Source of the DNA: an uncultured Candidatus Binatia bacterium
GTDB taxonomy: Bacteria > Desulfobacterota > Binatia > UBA9968 > CAXXLF01
Direction of reading: 5' to 3'
Assembly (NCBI GenBank): GCA_965218425.1
Contig: OZ244621.1
Coordinates: 704,001-768,000, forward strand
Length of the DNA stretch: 64,000 nt
In this document: in pieces, positions 49,921-60,123 of the stretch
Numbering within the stretch: position 1 is the stretch's first letter
How the letters are laid out: every line of letters starts with the position of its first letter
Notes under the pieces: model-generated
What the model was told of the DNA's origin: nothing
Databases searched by the model: none
What the model saw: only the letters and a program-made list of their open reading frames with translations
Translations under genes and position numbers: made by a program

Positions 49921-50135
49921 TTGACATCTCTATGAAAACAACATAAGGTGAGATATCTACTTCAGTAAAGGGCCTTCTGATAGACGAATTCTTTAGTTAA
50001 AGGCCTAAGCAGTCTGTCCTTGCGAAGCGAAACCATAGGACAATCCGACCAGAGCGTGGTTCCCGCCTTTTTGTTTTCCATGTTCTGCTCCAAGTGGGGT
50101 CAGATTCTCAGGGTCAAAGACATTAACAGTCTCTA
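49921..50135 (+). promoter_or_regulatory. Promoter and long structured 5' leader of the RRM gene
   Basis: TTGACA-17 nt-TAAGGT; stems GGCCTT/AAGGCC and TGTCCT/AGGACA. Confidence 0.5.
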
Positions 50136-50147
50136 ATGGAGGAGAAC

Positions 50148-50465
50148 ATGAGTAATAATAAATTGTACGTTGGCGGCTTGCCTTATTCGGTAACGGATGG
50201 GCAGCTGCAGGACATTTTCGCGGACCACGGGACGGTTGAATCCGCCAGGGTCATCGCGGATAAATTTACCGGTCAGTCACGGGGTTTTGGCTTTGTGGAA
50301 ATGGGTTCCGGGGATGAGGCCCAAAAGGCCATCCAAGCCTTGAACAGCACTCAACTTGAGGGACGGACACTCGTTGTTAACGAGGCCAAGCCTATGGCGA
50401 GCCGTGACGGTGGTGGTCGGGGTGATAGAAGTGGCGGCGGTCGCTCCTCGCGTAACCGATGGTAG
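50148..50465 (+). CDS. RRM RNA-binding protein with Gly/Arg-rich tail
   Basis: LYVGGL (RNP2), RGFGFVEM (RNP1). Confidence 0.95.
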   Translation: MSNNKLYVGGLPYSVTDGQLQDIFADHGTVESARVIADKFTGQSRGFGFVEMGSGDEAQKAIQALNSTQLEGRTLVVNEAKPMASRDGGGRGDRSGGGRSSRNRW

Positions 50466-50490
50466 TACTTCGAATTTAGCGTAATCACGC

Positions 50491-50522
50491 AGGGGGCAAC
50501 AGGTCGGTTTGCCCCCTTTTTT
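50491..50522 (+). terminator. Rho-independent terminator
   Basis: AGGGGGCAA...TTGCCCCCT followed by a T run. Confidence 0.8.
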
Positions 50523-50780
50523 ATGGTGGCTGTCGAAACCCGACTACCTCACTCCAATCCTTTCTCCCAGTTCTATTTCAACCCCATGCCTTGATCCGTT
50601 CCCATCGTCACAGGTTGCTGCGAGAAACGACATAACCTGCCGTTATCGCACTCATGCATTGAACAGACCTCCAGTTGACAATTTTTTTGCCGATTTGATA
50701 TGTTTGCCACCGGCTCTACGATCCTGTAAGGTCCTTGCATCGAGTCGGATTACAACCCTTGCTTTAAAAAGGAGAATTCC

Positions 50781-51803
50781 ATGCTTAGAAGACTTCCAAG
50801 GCATTGCTTGATCACTATTGCCATAACCCTTGCGTACGCTCTCGGCAACGCCGGGCCCGCTATGGCCGAACAGTTCTATAAGGGCAAAAGCATACGCTTT
50901 ATTGTGCCCTACACCCCGGGGGGCGGTTTTGACGTCCAAGCGAGAATTATGGCTCGATATCTTTCTAGATACATCGGTGGAAACCCCACTGTCATCGTTC
51001 AAAACATGCCGGGCGGCGGAGGTACCATAGGCCCGAATTACGTCTACAACGTCGCCAAGGCTGATGGCCTGACCATTGGTTTTGTTCATGGGAATATGAG
51101 TATCGGGCAGATGACGAAAGTGCCTGGCAGAAAATTTAAAATGGAAAACTTTAGCTGGATCGGGGGTACGGACTTTGGTCCAATTGTGCTGGCCATCAAG
51201 AAAGGCTCACCCTATAAAACCATCGACGACCTTCGCAAGGCGAAAAAACCTTTGTTTTTCGCAGCCGCTTCACGTGCAAACAATCAGGCTGACTACCCTG
51301 TGGTTTTAAACAAATACGGCGGGCTAAATTTTAAAGTCGTTCTAGGGTATCGCGGCTCAGCATCCGGAGTGGCGGCTATTCAGCGGGGCGAAGCCGATGG
51401 CATGGCGGGATCCTTACCCGCATTACTTCGCTACACAAGTGATTTAAAGATTATCATCGGGAACAAGCGGGCGCGACAAGTGGTTTCTGACCTTATCATT
51501 GACGAAGACATTGTGACCTCGGAGGAGGGCCGACGGCTTATCGACGCCCTAAAAGTCTCTCAACGCATCGGAAGGGGCATTATGGCTCCTCCAGGTGTTC
51601 CCCAAGAAAGGCTAAAGATTCTGATAGGTGCGTGGAACGAAATGCGGCAAAATACTGAGTTTCAACGCACCCTGGAGAAAGCGACCTTTATAAAACCGAA
51701 GGATCTGGTTTCCGCTGGGGAGGTAAGGGAAACCTTGGCAAAAGTAGAGGCCATCCCACAGGGGACCTGGAAGGTACTCAAGGACGTGATTCAAAAACAA
51801 TAG
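50781..51803 (+). CDS. Bug/TctC tripartite tricarboxylate transporter substrate-binding protein
   Basis: IVPYTPGGGFD, QNMPGGGG, ADGLTIG, APPGVP. Confidence 0.9.
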   Translation: MLRRLPRHCLITIAITLAYALGNAGPAMAEQFYKGKSIRFIVPYTPGGGFDVQARIMARYLSRYIGGNPTVIVQNMPGGGGTIGPNYVYNVAKADGLTIGFVHGNMSIGQMTKVPGRKFKMENFSWIGGTDFGPIVLAIKKGSPYKTIDDLRKAKKPLFFAAASRANNQADYPVVLNKYGGLNFKVVLGYRGSASGVAAIQRGEADGMAGSLPALLRYTSDLKIIIGNKRARQVVSDLIIDEDIVTSEEGRRLIDALKVSQRIGRGIMAPPGVPQERLKILIGAWNEMRQNTEFQRTLEKATFIKPKDLVSAGEVRETLAKVEAIPQGTWKVLKDVIQKQ

Positions 51804-51824
51804 GATACCACGCGGATCGAGGGA

Positions 51825-51856
51825 GGGACCGCCGTCGTAAACTAATCGGCGGTCCT
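51825..51856. terminator. Hairpin between convergent genes
   Basis: GGACCGCCG...CGGCGGTCC. Confidence 0.6.
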
Positions 51857-51916
51857 ATCCGAAACTTTCTTAACCACTAATATCTCAGTTACACTTCTTT
51901 GTTACGCAGGCGACGC

Positions 51917-52249
51917 TTAATGGCCCCGCACATCGTTCACGTACCGACCTTCGTTGAACCCGGTAAAGAAATGCTCAATTAACCGGTGATCGATGGCCTG
52001 TCCGCTCACGTCCGGTTCCAGATTTCTTTCCGCCACATAGGTTTGATGGCTGCCCTTATGAACCAGCACATGATACCAGGGCTTGTCCTTCGGCGGCTTC
52101 GATCGCGCAACAGTTTCATACCACTCCTCGGTTAACTGGAACTCAGGATCCACGTCCACAACGACACCCCGGTAATCGAACAGCTTGTGATGCACCAAAT
52201 CACCCACAGAAAATTGTGCTGTGGACGTCTTCGACCCTGATTCGTTCAT
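51917..52249 (-). CDS. hspQ: Heat shock protein HspQ (YccV-like)
   Basis: FDYRGVVVDVDP, PWYHVLV, TYVAERNL. Confidence 0.9.
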   Translation of the reverse strand: MNESGSKTSTAQFSVGDLVHHKLFDYRGVVVDVDPEFQLTEEWYETVARSKPPKDKPWYHVLVHKGSHQTYVAERNLEPDVSGQAIDHRLIEHFFTGFNEGRYVNDVRGH

Positions 52250-52301
52250 CCAGACCTCCAACCAAAAGAATAATACCAAACAATGATCTAACTACCAGCC
52301 G

Positions 52302-52898
52302 CTACTCACCCAGGGCCGCAATACACTCTTCTCGTATACGCCAAATCTCTTCCCAGCCCCGATCCGCAGTGGCGTTCGCGTCACTCACCCATTTCCGCAT
52401 AAATCTTTGGTGCAAATTCACTTTGTGACTGCCAACCTGATCGGGATTAATTGTTTCCTCGCACAGGAATCGTTTGATGGGTTCGCTTGGAGTCACCCCA
52501 GACCGCGTCACATCCACTCGTATCCCCTGGCATATGAGATAACAGTGAGCTTCCGGTAAATAGGACAACCCATATGTTTGTAAGACACCACCGACACCTG
52601 GTGTATTTGCTTCGGACATCTCATAGATTCCGATCCTGAGAGCAACAGCAGCTTTCTGTTCCTTCGCTAATTGGGCAAGCAGTGCGTGCTTCGTACTGCA
52701 AGTTCCCCGCCCTTCTTTCAGTACCAACCGAAAGTCCGCCTTATCGGAATTCCGGCCGTAAGGGAGATGCTGAACATAGCGGGCGGCGCCGTGGAAATCG
52801 GTAACGCCCGCGGCAAGAAACTGAGCCGTCGCCTCACTTCCAGCCTTCAATTCAAAGTTAGGCAGCGATTCGAGAGATTCTAGCAAGGTGCTAATCAT
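52302..52898 (-). CDS. Conserved hypothetical protein with a transglutaminase-like Cys-His-Asp pattern
   Basis: LPYGRNS, GTCSTKHALL, PEAHCYL, DVT. Confidence 0.7.
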   Translation of the reverse strand: MISTLLESLESLPNFELKAGSEATAQFLAAGVTDFHGAARYVQHLPYGRNSDKADFRLVLKEGRGTCSTKHALLAQLAKEQKAAVALRIGIYEMSEANTPGVGGVLQTYGLSYLPEAHCYLICQGIRVDVTRSGVTPSEPIKRFLCEETINPDQVGSHKVNLHQRFMRKWVSDANATADRGWEEIWRIREECIAALGE

Positions 52899-52933
52899 TG
52901 TTATGCATGTCTGATACAGGTCAGCTATCCGTC

Positions 52934-53362
52934 TTACGCCAAGAGCTTCCCGAAACTAACGCGATCCTCAACCCGGTAGTCGAGTTGCCTGTAAAACTCG
53001 ATTACCTCAGCATTGGTGGCTCGAACCTGAAGGTTGAGCTTCGGGCAACCCAGGATTTTCAGTTGTGATTCCATCTCCTGCATCGTGGCGCGTCCAATCC
53101 CTTGCCTACGATATTCCGGGTTAACCGCGAGATGGTAGACCCAACCGCGAAACCCATCGAATCCTCCGATTACAGTCGCAACAATACCGTCGCTAAACTC
53201 TCCAACGAGGAATAAATCATGCTGGACGGCGAGTTTTCGTCGGATGACGAGAGTCGGGTCATTCCAAGGCGGATCGTCAGGAAACACCTCGCGCCACAAA
53301 GAAGTAACGGTGGCCTCGTCTCCTTCACGATACGGCCGAATTAAAAATGATTTTGTCTCCAT
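52934..53362 (-). CDS. GNAT acetyltransferase (YpeA-like)
   Basis: GFDGFRGWVYHLAV, RRQGIG, CPKLNLQVR. Confidence 0.9.
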   Translation of the reverse strand: METKSFLIRPYREGDEATVTSLWREVFPDDPPWNDPTLVIRRKLAVQHDLFLVGEFSDGIVATVIGGFDGFRGWVYHLAVNPEYRRQGIGRATMQEMESQLKILGCPKLNLQVRATNAEVIEFYRQLDYRVEDRVSFGKLLA

Positions 53363-53666
53363 GATCTATTGCCATGCTTTGCCTGCTTACTATTATGACA
53401 CAGGTCAGGACATTACATCTTGGGTCGGCATACCCAGTTGGCCGCACTGTCCATGGCTGAGCAATTTTATTGCGATTCTAACAGGTTAGCCAGGAGGGTA
53501 AATCTTTGGTATCCCGAAAACAACCTGTAAGATACCCCCTCTTTGACGGCCCTTTCCCATGTGATATGGGTGTCTTTGTCAGGTGCCTTCACCAACGTTC
53601 AATAGGCTTCTCAGTGGCTTAAGGCCTAAGAGAGGGGGTTCGAGGTTACCTCGGAGGGTGGTGTAT

Positions 53667-54014
53667 ATGGATTTCCTCGATATCATTGCGGCAGTGATCA
53701 TCGGCGTCGTTGTATTTATAGGCTTCTACCTTTATGACCAATTCTATTTGAGCGATATTCTCATAAAATGGAAAGGCGTCCAGACAACAGCCGTTGTCAT
53801 GGACAGCACGACTGCGAGGACGCGGCTTTCCACCTTCGATCATTCACAACGTTATGCTCACTATATTACATATGAGTTCGCTGACACTACCGGAAAGAAG
53901 TGAACTAACACGAGAAGAGTTAGACCACATCATAGGCTCGCTAAAGTTGTTAAAGGAGCGAAGCTTCCCGCGTACTACTTGCCGGACCGTCCTGACAAAA
54001 GCACACCGGCGTGA
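53667..54014 (+). pseudogene. DUF3592-like membrane-anchored protein with internal TGA (53901-53903), copy 1
   Basis: TM helix, GVQTTAVV, YITYEF; frame continues to STPA*. Confidence 0.6.
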
Positions 54015-54076
54015 CGATGTGGATTGACGAATCGCCAATGAACGCGCCCATAGGGATCAGGATGCGAGGTAATTGA

Positions 54077-56224
54077 ATGTTCCGACTTCTAGTTGTTGTT
54101 ATCTCTTTAATACACAGTGCAGCCTGTCTCACTGCCGCTTATACGCAGGAATCTGCACCCACCTCCGATATCCAGTCAAATAAATCTAAAACGGAGCAAT
54201 TCGGAATACTCAGTGCAAAGGAGCTTCATGCGGAGCTGACCGGGAATACGTTTTACAGTACTCGCGGATGGCACTTTTATATTGCTCCGGAAGGCAAGGT
54301 TTACAGGAGAACTAATCAAGGTTCCTCACGCCTGGGGGACTGGTTTATTTCGATTGACGGAGAATATTGTAGACAATACGGACGACGGCCACGTTGTTTT
54401 ACCTGGGGGCAACGAGGTGAATGGTTTGAAATGGTCAGCTCGAATAAGCGTCGCAGACACGTTTTGAGACGCGTGACAGGCAACCCGGAAAATTATAGTC
54501 CCGAAGCTGTAACCGTAGAATCGTTGCCTTTACCCGCGCCACCTCCTCCAAAGGATATTTTTTATCGGTCTCCCTCACCCAAAATCCCAGTGGAAATTGC
54601 CTCGTTACTTGGAAAATGAGAAGGGGATTGGGACGGGAAACTCAATTTCTTCCTAATTGTTGAAAAAGTAGATTTGGAAAGCGCCAGAGTTATCTACGGG
54701 TGGGGAACCTATCCGCCTTGGAATATAAATAGAAGTGGTTACATGCGCCGTATCGCAAAAACCGTTACGTCTGATGACGGTCCATGGATAGAATTTAGCG
54801 GGAGAAGAAGAACATTTTCATTCCAATTGAGCGATGATCGACAGACGCTTAATGGGCATTCCTCACATTCTATCGAAATGCAAAGAACCCACGCTCCGGT
54901 TTTTGACAAGCAGGATTCGTCATACGCGGCCGCGAAACGAAAAACGGTAGCGTTTGTAAACGTCAATGTTGTACCGATGGACACAAACCAAGTGTTGGCT
55001 TCACAAACGGTGATTGTGCAGGATGGCCGCATTGCCCAGGTTGGTTCCATGAATCAGGTAAGGATCCCTAAATCTGCAGAATTGGTACAAGGGGAAGGAA
55101 AGGCCTACTTGATGCCCGGCTTGGCGGACATGCATGTTCATATACGGGATGGGAATGACCTAAGGCTGCTGATCGCTAATGGAGTTACAACGGTCAGGAA
55201 TATGAGCGGACGGGATTCTCATCTGCTCCTTAGAGAAGATGTGGCAGAAGGCCGTAGGGTTGGTCCCATGATCTATAGTGCAGGGCCGCTACTTGACGGT
55301 AGGCCTCCTATTTGGCGTAGGAGCCGTGTCGTCGAAACCAAAGAAGAGGCCTGGCGAGCGGTTTTCCAAACAAAGAAACGGGGATTTGATTTTGTTAAAG
55401 TCTATACCCGTCTCAGTCCAGAAGCATATGCTGCTATTGTTGAGAACGCTCGGAAATACAAGATTCCAGTTGTTGGACATGTGCCCATCAAGGTTGGTTT
55501 CTCGTCCGTTGTAAGGGCTGGACAACTCTCCGTGGAACATCTGGAAGGATCGATTGATGCGATGAATGATGTATGTTCATATTGCCGTCGAAGCCGAGAG
55601 TGGTCTTTCGAATTCGATGAGGAAAAACTCACCAACTACCTTGAAACGACAGTTAAGGCAGGGCTGTGGAACTGCCCTACTCTAGTTACTGACAAACCGG
55701 GGCAGTTAAGTGTCGATGTTCTCACTCAGGCACCGGAACTAAAATATGTTTTGGAATCTATAAAAGACCGGTGGCAAATTTTTGTAGAGCCAAAAGAGCA
55801 CAAAGAAAAACGGCAATATCTCGTCAGAAGACTTCATATGGCTGGAGCTGGGTTGTTGTTGGGAACTGATATGGGAGTACGGTACGTAATAGCGGGGTTT
55901 TCCATTCATGAGGAATTGCAGAGATTTGTGGACAGCGGGCTGACCCCTTATGAAGCCATCAAAACCGGAACCTACAACGCTGGGAAATTCATGAAAAAGC
56001 TAAATCAATTCGGCACCGTGGAGAAAGGGAAAGAGGCAGATCTGATTCTTATCAGAGGAAATCCGCTTGAGAATGTAGCCAACATCAAAAATCCCTTGGG
56101 CGTGATGGCCAAAGGGAGATGGTATCCCCAATCGATGTTGAAAAACATTCTAAAAGACGTGGAAAGAGAAGTGGCCGAGCAGAATAAAGCGGATAGAGCT
56201 GCGAAACCTAAAAACGTGCAATAG
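54077..56224 (+). pseudogene. Secreted multidomain amidohydrolase with one in-frame TGA (54617-54619)
   Basis: Signal peptide; GK*EGDWDG continues in frame into MPGLADMHVH, VEH, LGTD, GKEADL. Confidence 0.75.
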
Positions 56225-56436
56225 TGATAGGCTTAGAGCTGTTGTGATTCCAACCCGTTAGGATGGAGGCAAATGGTTCGGGTTCGGAACAACAACAGAC
56301 GAAGTCATCTCTTTGTGATAGGATGTTCCCATGTGATATGGGTGCTGTTATCCTTCGTCTTGGCCAGAATTGATTACGTCCTTCGACACAGCGAGGTCCA
56401 AGAAAAGGGGTTCTCAGGGTCCGTGGGGTGAGTTGC

Positions 56437-56659
56437 ATGGATCTTTTTGATTTCATTGTTGCCAAGGATTTTTCCGCCAAGGCTCAGCGAAGTAAACCCG
56501 TCTCATTTTATCACTTATGAGTTTTTAGATACTCATGGCCACAAGCGGCATAAGTCGAAGTTGGTCAAATGGGACCATAGACTAGCTAAGGCTGATAAAG
56601 ACACACAGATTTCTATATATTTTCTGCCGAAACACCTTAGCAGGAGCACGTTAGCGTAG
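56437..56659 (+). pseudogene. DUF3592-like paralogue, internally deleted and frameshifted, copy 2
   Basis: MDLFDFIVA start; FITYEF, HRLAK and STLA* correspond to copy 1. Confidence 0.6.
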
Positions 56660-56750
56660 AAATCGATCGAAAGAAAAATCGATTTAGAGCCGTAGAGTAA
56701 TCACTTGACGCAGAGTGGTTGGGCTTCCAATTAAGTGTAGGCCCTGCTGA

Positions 56751-57008
56751 CCTGTCCCGAAACCTAAATCCGAAAGATGTGAGGAATGCTTTTTATCCGG
56801 ACAAACATGGGTGGAATTACGTGTTTGCCGCACCTGCGGCCATGTAGGATGTTGTGACAGCACATCGGGTAGACATGCTACAGCACATTATCATGAGACC
56901 AAGCGTCTTACCATGCAGTCTTTCGAATCCGGAGACGATTGGGGTTGGTGCTACGAGGACGGAAAAGGAATCGGTTCGTTGCCAGTCGCTAGGCAGGACC
57001 ACGCTTGA
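56751..57008 (+). pseudogene. UBP-type zinc finger protein, 5'-truncated
   Basis: CEEC...WVELRVCRTCGHVGCCDS..HATAH; in-frame stop upstream and no start before CEEC. Confidence 0.7.
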
Positions 57009-57339
57009 ACGCCTTTTCATTGATGGCTAGCTTCGTGCCGAGCCAGAGAGAACGGATCAGATGATCTCCATAACCGTCACTCGTGCTGGGGTGTACAAGG
57101 ACGTCCAGCCCCTCGCGATTGAGCATCAACCAGGGCACGATTTCAGCGAATTCTTTTGGTAGAAACTCAACTTGATACATGCCCTTGGTGTGCGGCCCCA
57201 CAGGCTCGTCATGCCAGCTACCAAGCTTTGCGTCGAACCTCTCAAGCCCATTTCGTACTCGGGCTGCCACCTCACGAGTGTCAGGATCATAATAAACGTG
57301 AGCGTGATATTTGGTAATCTCTATTGTGTCTTGCTTCAT
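56989..57339 (-). CDS. DOPA 4,5-dioxygenase family protein
   Basis: YHAHVYY, PVGPH, VPWLMLNREGLDVLVHP. Confidence 0.88.
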   Translation of the reverse strand: MKQDTIEITKYHAHVYYDPDTREVAARVRNGLERFDAKLGSWHDEPVGPHTKGMYQVEFLPKEFAEIVPWLMLNREGLDVLVHPSTSDGYGDHLIRSLWLGTKLAINEKAFKRGPA

Positions 57340-57375
57340 GGGCCCCCCTGATTGGCCTGCTCAGAGAAACTCAAT

Positions 57376-58347
57376 CTACCCCAGTTCCTTTGCCATTTCC
57401 TTGGCGAAATAGGTGAGGATAATATCGGCCCCGGCGCGCTTTATAGAGATGAGGAGTTCGGCCATGATCCGCTTTTCGTCGATCCAATCGTTTTTACCGG
57501 CAGCCTTGACCATAGAGTACTCGCCGCTGACATTATAGGCAGCCACGGGATAGCCAAACCTCTGTTTAACGCGGTAGATGACGTCGAGATAGGCCATGGC
57601 AGGTTTCACCATGACGATATCCGCCCCCTCACGGATATCCAATGCCACTTCCCTCAAGGCCTCATCGGTGTTTGCTGGGTCCATCTGATAGGCACGGCGG
57701 TCGCCAAATTGGGGAGTGGACTCTGCCGCCTCCTGGAAGGGGCCGTAGAAACCTGACGCGTACTTTGCCGCATAGGCCATGATTGCCACCTGGGAGAAAC
57801 CGTTCTGATCCAACACAGTACGGATTGCCCCAACCCTTCCATCCATCATGTCCGACGGCGCAACCATGTCGGCACCGGCCTGGGCGTGGGAAAGGGCCTC
57901 CTTGGCCAAGAGTTCGAGGGTCGCGTCGTTGTCCACCTCACCGCCCTCAATGACTCCACAGTGGCCGTGGTCGGTATATTCGCACAGGCATACATCTGTG
58001 ATCACCAAAAGACCCGGGACTTTTTCCTTGATCTCCCTAATGGCGTTCTGCACCACGCCGGCGGCGGCATAGGCCTGCGAACCCACAGCATCTTTACCAT
58101 CGGGAATGCCAAAGAGGATCACGCCTGGGATACCAAGGGAATCGACTTCCTGGCAATCCTTAACAATACGGTCCACCGATTGCTGAGCGACACCGGGCAT
58201 GCCGGCGACGGAAATGACTCGATCCTTGCCCGGGCAAACAAAAAGCGGATATATAAAGTCGCTTTTATTTAAAGTAATTTCACGCATTAACTGCCGTAGT
58301 TTTTCATTTCTCCTGAGTCGTCGGGGTCGGTACTTGGGAAAATCCAT
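57376..58347 (-). CDS. hemB: Porphobilinogen synthase
   Basis: [34 protein letters not shown]. Confidence 0.97.
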   Translation of the reverse strand: MDFPKYRPRRLRRNEKLRQLMREITLNKSDFIYPLFVCPGKDRVISVAGMPGVAQQSVDRIVKDCQEVDSLGIPGVILFGIPDGKDAVGSQAYAAAGVVQNAIREIKEKVPGLLVITDVCLCEYTDHGHCGVIEGGEVDNDATLELLAKEALSHAQAGADMVAPSDMMDGRVGAIRTVLDQNGFSQVAIMAYAAKYASGFYGPFQEAAESTPQFGDRRAYQMDPANTDEALREVALDIREGADIVMVKPAMAYLDVIYRVKQRFGYPVAAYNVSGEYSMVKAAGKNDWIDEKRIMAELLISIKRAGADIILTYFAKEMAKELG

Positions 58348-58363
58348 TACACCCTCCGAACCT

Positions 58364-60106
58364 TCAGTGAACCTTTCCCGGACCGGTAGTGAAGTACTCT
58401 ACCATGGCCTCGATCAAGCCAGGCACGGTATACTCTTTCGCCAGGACATCAACTCGAATCCCATTTGACTCCGCGGTACCCTTGGTGATGGGACCAATAC
58501 ATGCTACAGCCACTACGTTAAAGAACTTCCTCATTTCCACTGGCGAAATTAGATCTACAAAATGTTTGACCGTGCTCGAGCTTGTGAAGGCGATCATATC
58601 TACCTTATGCTCCGACATCACTCCGCTTAGTATGGCCGCGCTGCCCTTGGCCGGCACGGTGCGATAGGCCTGGACCACATCCACTTCCGCACCCCATTTC
58701 TTTAACGTCCTGGGTAGAATGTCACGAGCCGTAGCCGCCCGTGGCAAAAGAAACCGTTTGCCCTCCACTTCAGCAGGATTGAGCCCAAGCAGGATGCCCT
58801 CGGCCCGGTACTCCGCGGGAACGAACTCCACTTGAATGCCATGGGAGGCAATCTCTCTGGCCGTCTCCGGCCCTATGGCGGCAAGGCGAATACCTTCGAG
58901 AGCAGAGCCATCCTTTCCCAAACACTGCAAGCGATTTAAAAACTCTCTCACGCCGTTGACGCTGGTAAAGACGATCCAATCATACTCCTCAAGGCCCTGA
59001 ATGGTCCGGTCCAATGGCACATAACTCTCCGGAGGAATAACCTCGATTGTAGGACATTCGATGACCTCGGCGCCTAGATCTTCCAACCCACGCACAAAGG
59101 AACCCGACTGAAGTCGTGGACGCGTGATCATGACACAGCGGCCATATAGCGGCTTAGGTCCAACCTTAGACTTACCCTTGGAAACGACATTCTCTCCGTC
59201 CAGCAAGTCATCCGCCCCCTGGTTCAAGAGCCGCTCGGCCAATTCATGCCCTAGTCTTTCGGCGTCCTGCGGCTTTCCCTCCACCTCACCTCTCACAAGC
59301 CTCTTACCGCCCGTATCGCCCACGACTCCCATGAGCTTTAATTTGCTTCCATTCACATATCCCCGTGCCCCAATCGGAACCTGGCACCCTCCCCCCAGAC
59401 GCCTAAGAAACGCCCTCTCCGCCTGTACCTCCATGGCACTGGAGTCGTGATGCAGACATGTCAGCACTTGATTCACCGGATCACCGTCTCGTGTCTCTAA
59501 ACCCAAAGCGCCTTGCCCCACCGCGCTCAAACAAACGTCTAGAGAAAGATATTCGCTAACTCGATCCTGCTTTCCTATCCGCTTAAGGCCAGCAACCGCC
59601 ATAATAAGGCCATCCACTTCGCCCCGATCCAGCTTTTTGAGACGAGTGTCCACATTTCCCCTGATGGGAATCACTTCCAGGTCCGGGCGATGGTGGAGGA
59701 TTTGGGACTGCCGGCGCGAGCTCCCCGTTCCAACTTTCGAACCCCTGGGCAAGTCCTCCAAAGACCTCTGGTATCCGCTCACCAGTGCATCACGTGGATC
59801 CTCTCGTTCCGTGATGGTCGTCACGCTCAGACCCGCGGGAATTTCCGTGGGAAGATCCTTCATGGAATGAACTGCCAGATCGATCTTTTTTTGCCGCAGA
59901 GCGTCTTCAATCTCCTTGACGAAGATCCCCTTTCCCTCAATGGCCTTGATCGGGCTAGCGAGAAAACGATCACCGCTAGTCTTGATCTTGATAATTTCGA
60001 CTTTGATACCCGGATGAGCCTCCTCCAGCTTGCGCTTCACCCATGCCGATTGGGCCAAGGCAAGTGTGCTTCCTCGAGTACCGATGCGAATGATATTCTT
60101 TTCCAT
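58364..60106 (-). CDS. hemC: Fused hydroxymethylbilane synthase / uroporphyrinogen-III synthase (HemC-HemD)
   Basis: [22 protein letters not shown] then ITRP, FTSVNGV, FTSSSTV. Confidence 0.93.
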   Translation of the reverse strand: MEKNIIRIGTRGSTLALAQSAWVKRKLEEAHPGIKVEIIKIKTSGDRFLASPIKAIEGKGIFVKEIEDALRQKKIDLAVHSMKDLPTEIPAGLSVTTITEREDPRDALVSGYQRSLEDLPRGSKVGTGSSRRQSQILHHRPDLEVIPIRGNVDTRLKKLDRGEVDGLIMAVAGLKRIGKQDRVSEYLSLDVCLSAVGQGALGLETRDGDPVNQVLTCLHHDSSAMEVQAERAFLRRLGGGCQVPIGARGYVNGSKLKLMGVVGDTGGKRLVRGEVEGKPQDAERLGHELAERLLNQGADDLLDGENVVSKGKSKVGPKPLYGRCVMITRPRLQSGSFVRGLEDLGAEVIECPTIEVIPPESYVPLDRTIQGLEEYDWIVFTSVNGVREFLNRLQCLGKDGSALEGIRLAAIGPETAREIASHGIQVEFVPAEYRAEGILLGLNPAEVEGKRFLLPRAATARDILPRTLKKWGAEVDVVQAYRTVPAKGSAAILSGVMSEHKVDMIAFTSSSTVKHFVDLISPVEMRKFFNVVAVACIGPITKGTAESNGIRVDVLAKEYTVPGLIEAMVEYFTTGPGKVH

Positions 60107-60123
60107 GATGAGTCTACTTCAAA

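Noticed and set aside
32293..56224. Genome-wide stop-codon reassignment to explain the internal TAG and TGA codons
   Set aside because: TAG, TGA and TAA all terminate intact conserved genes in this window, and the internal stops are of mixed types
53667..56659. Diversity-generating retroelement TR/VR pair for the duplicated DUF3592-like segments
   Set aside because: No reverse transcriptase in the window, and divergence is extensive and not adenine-specific
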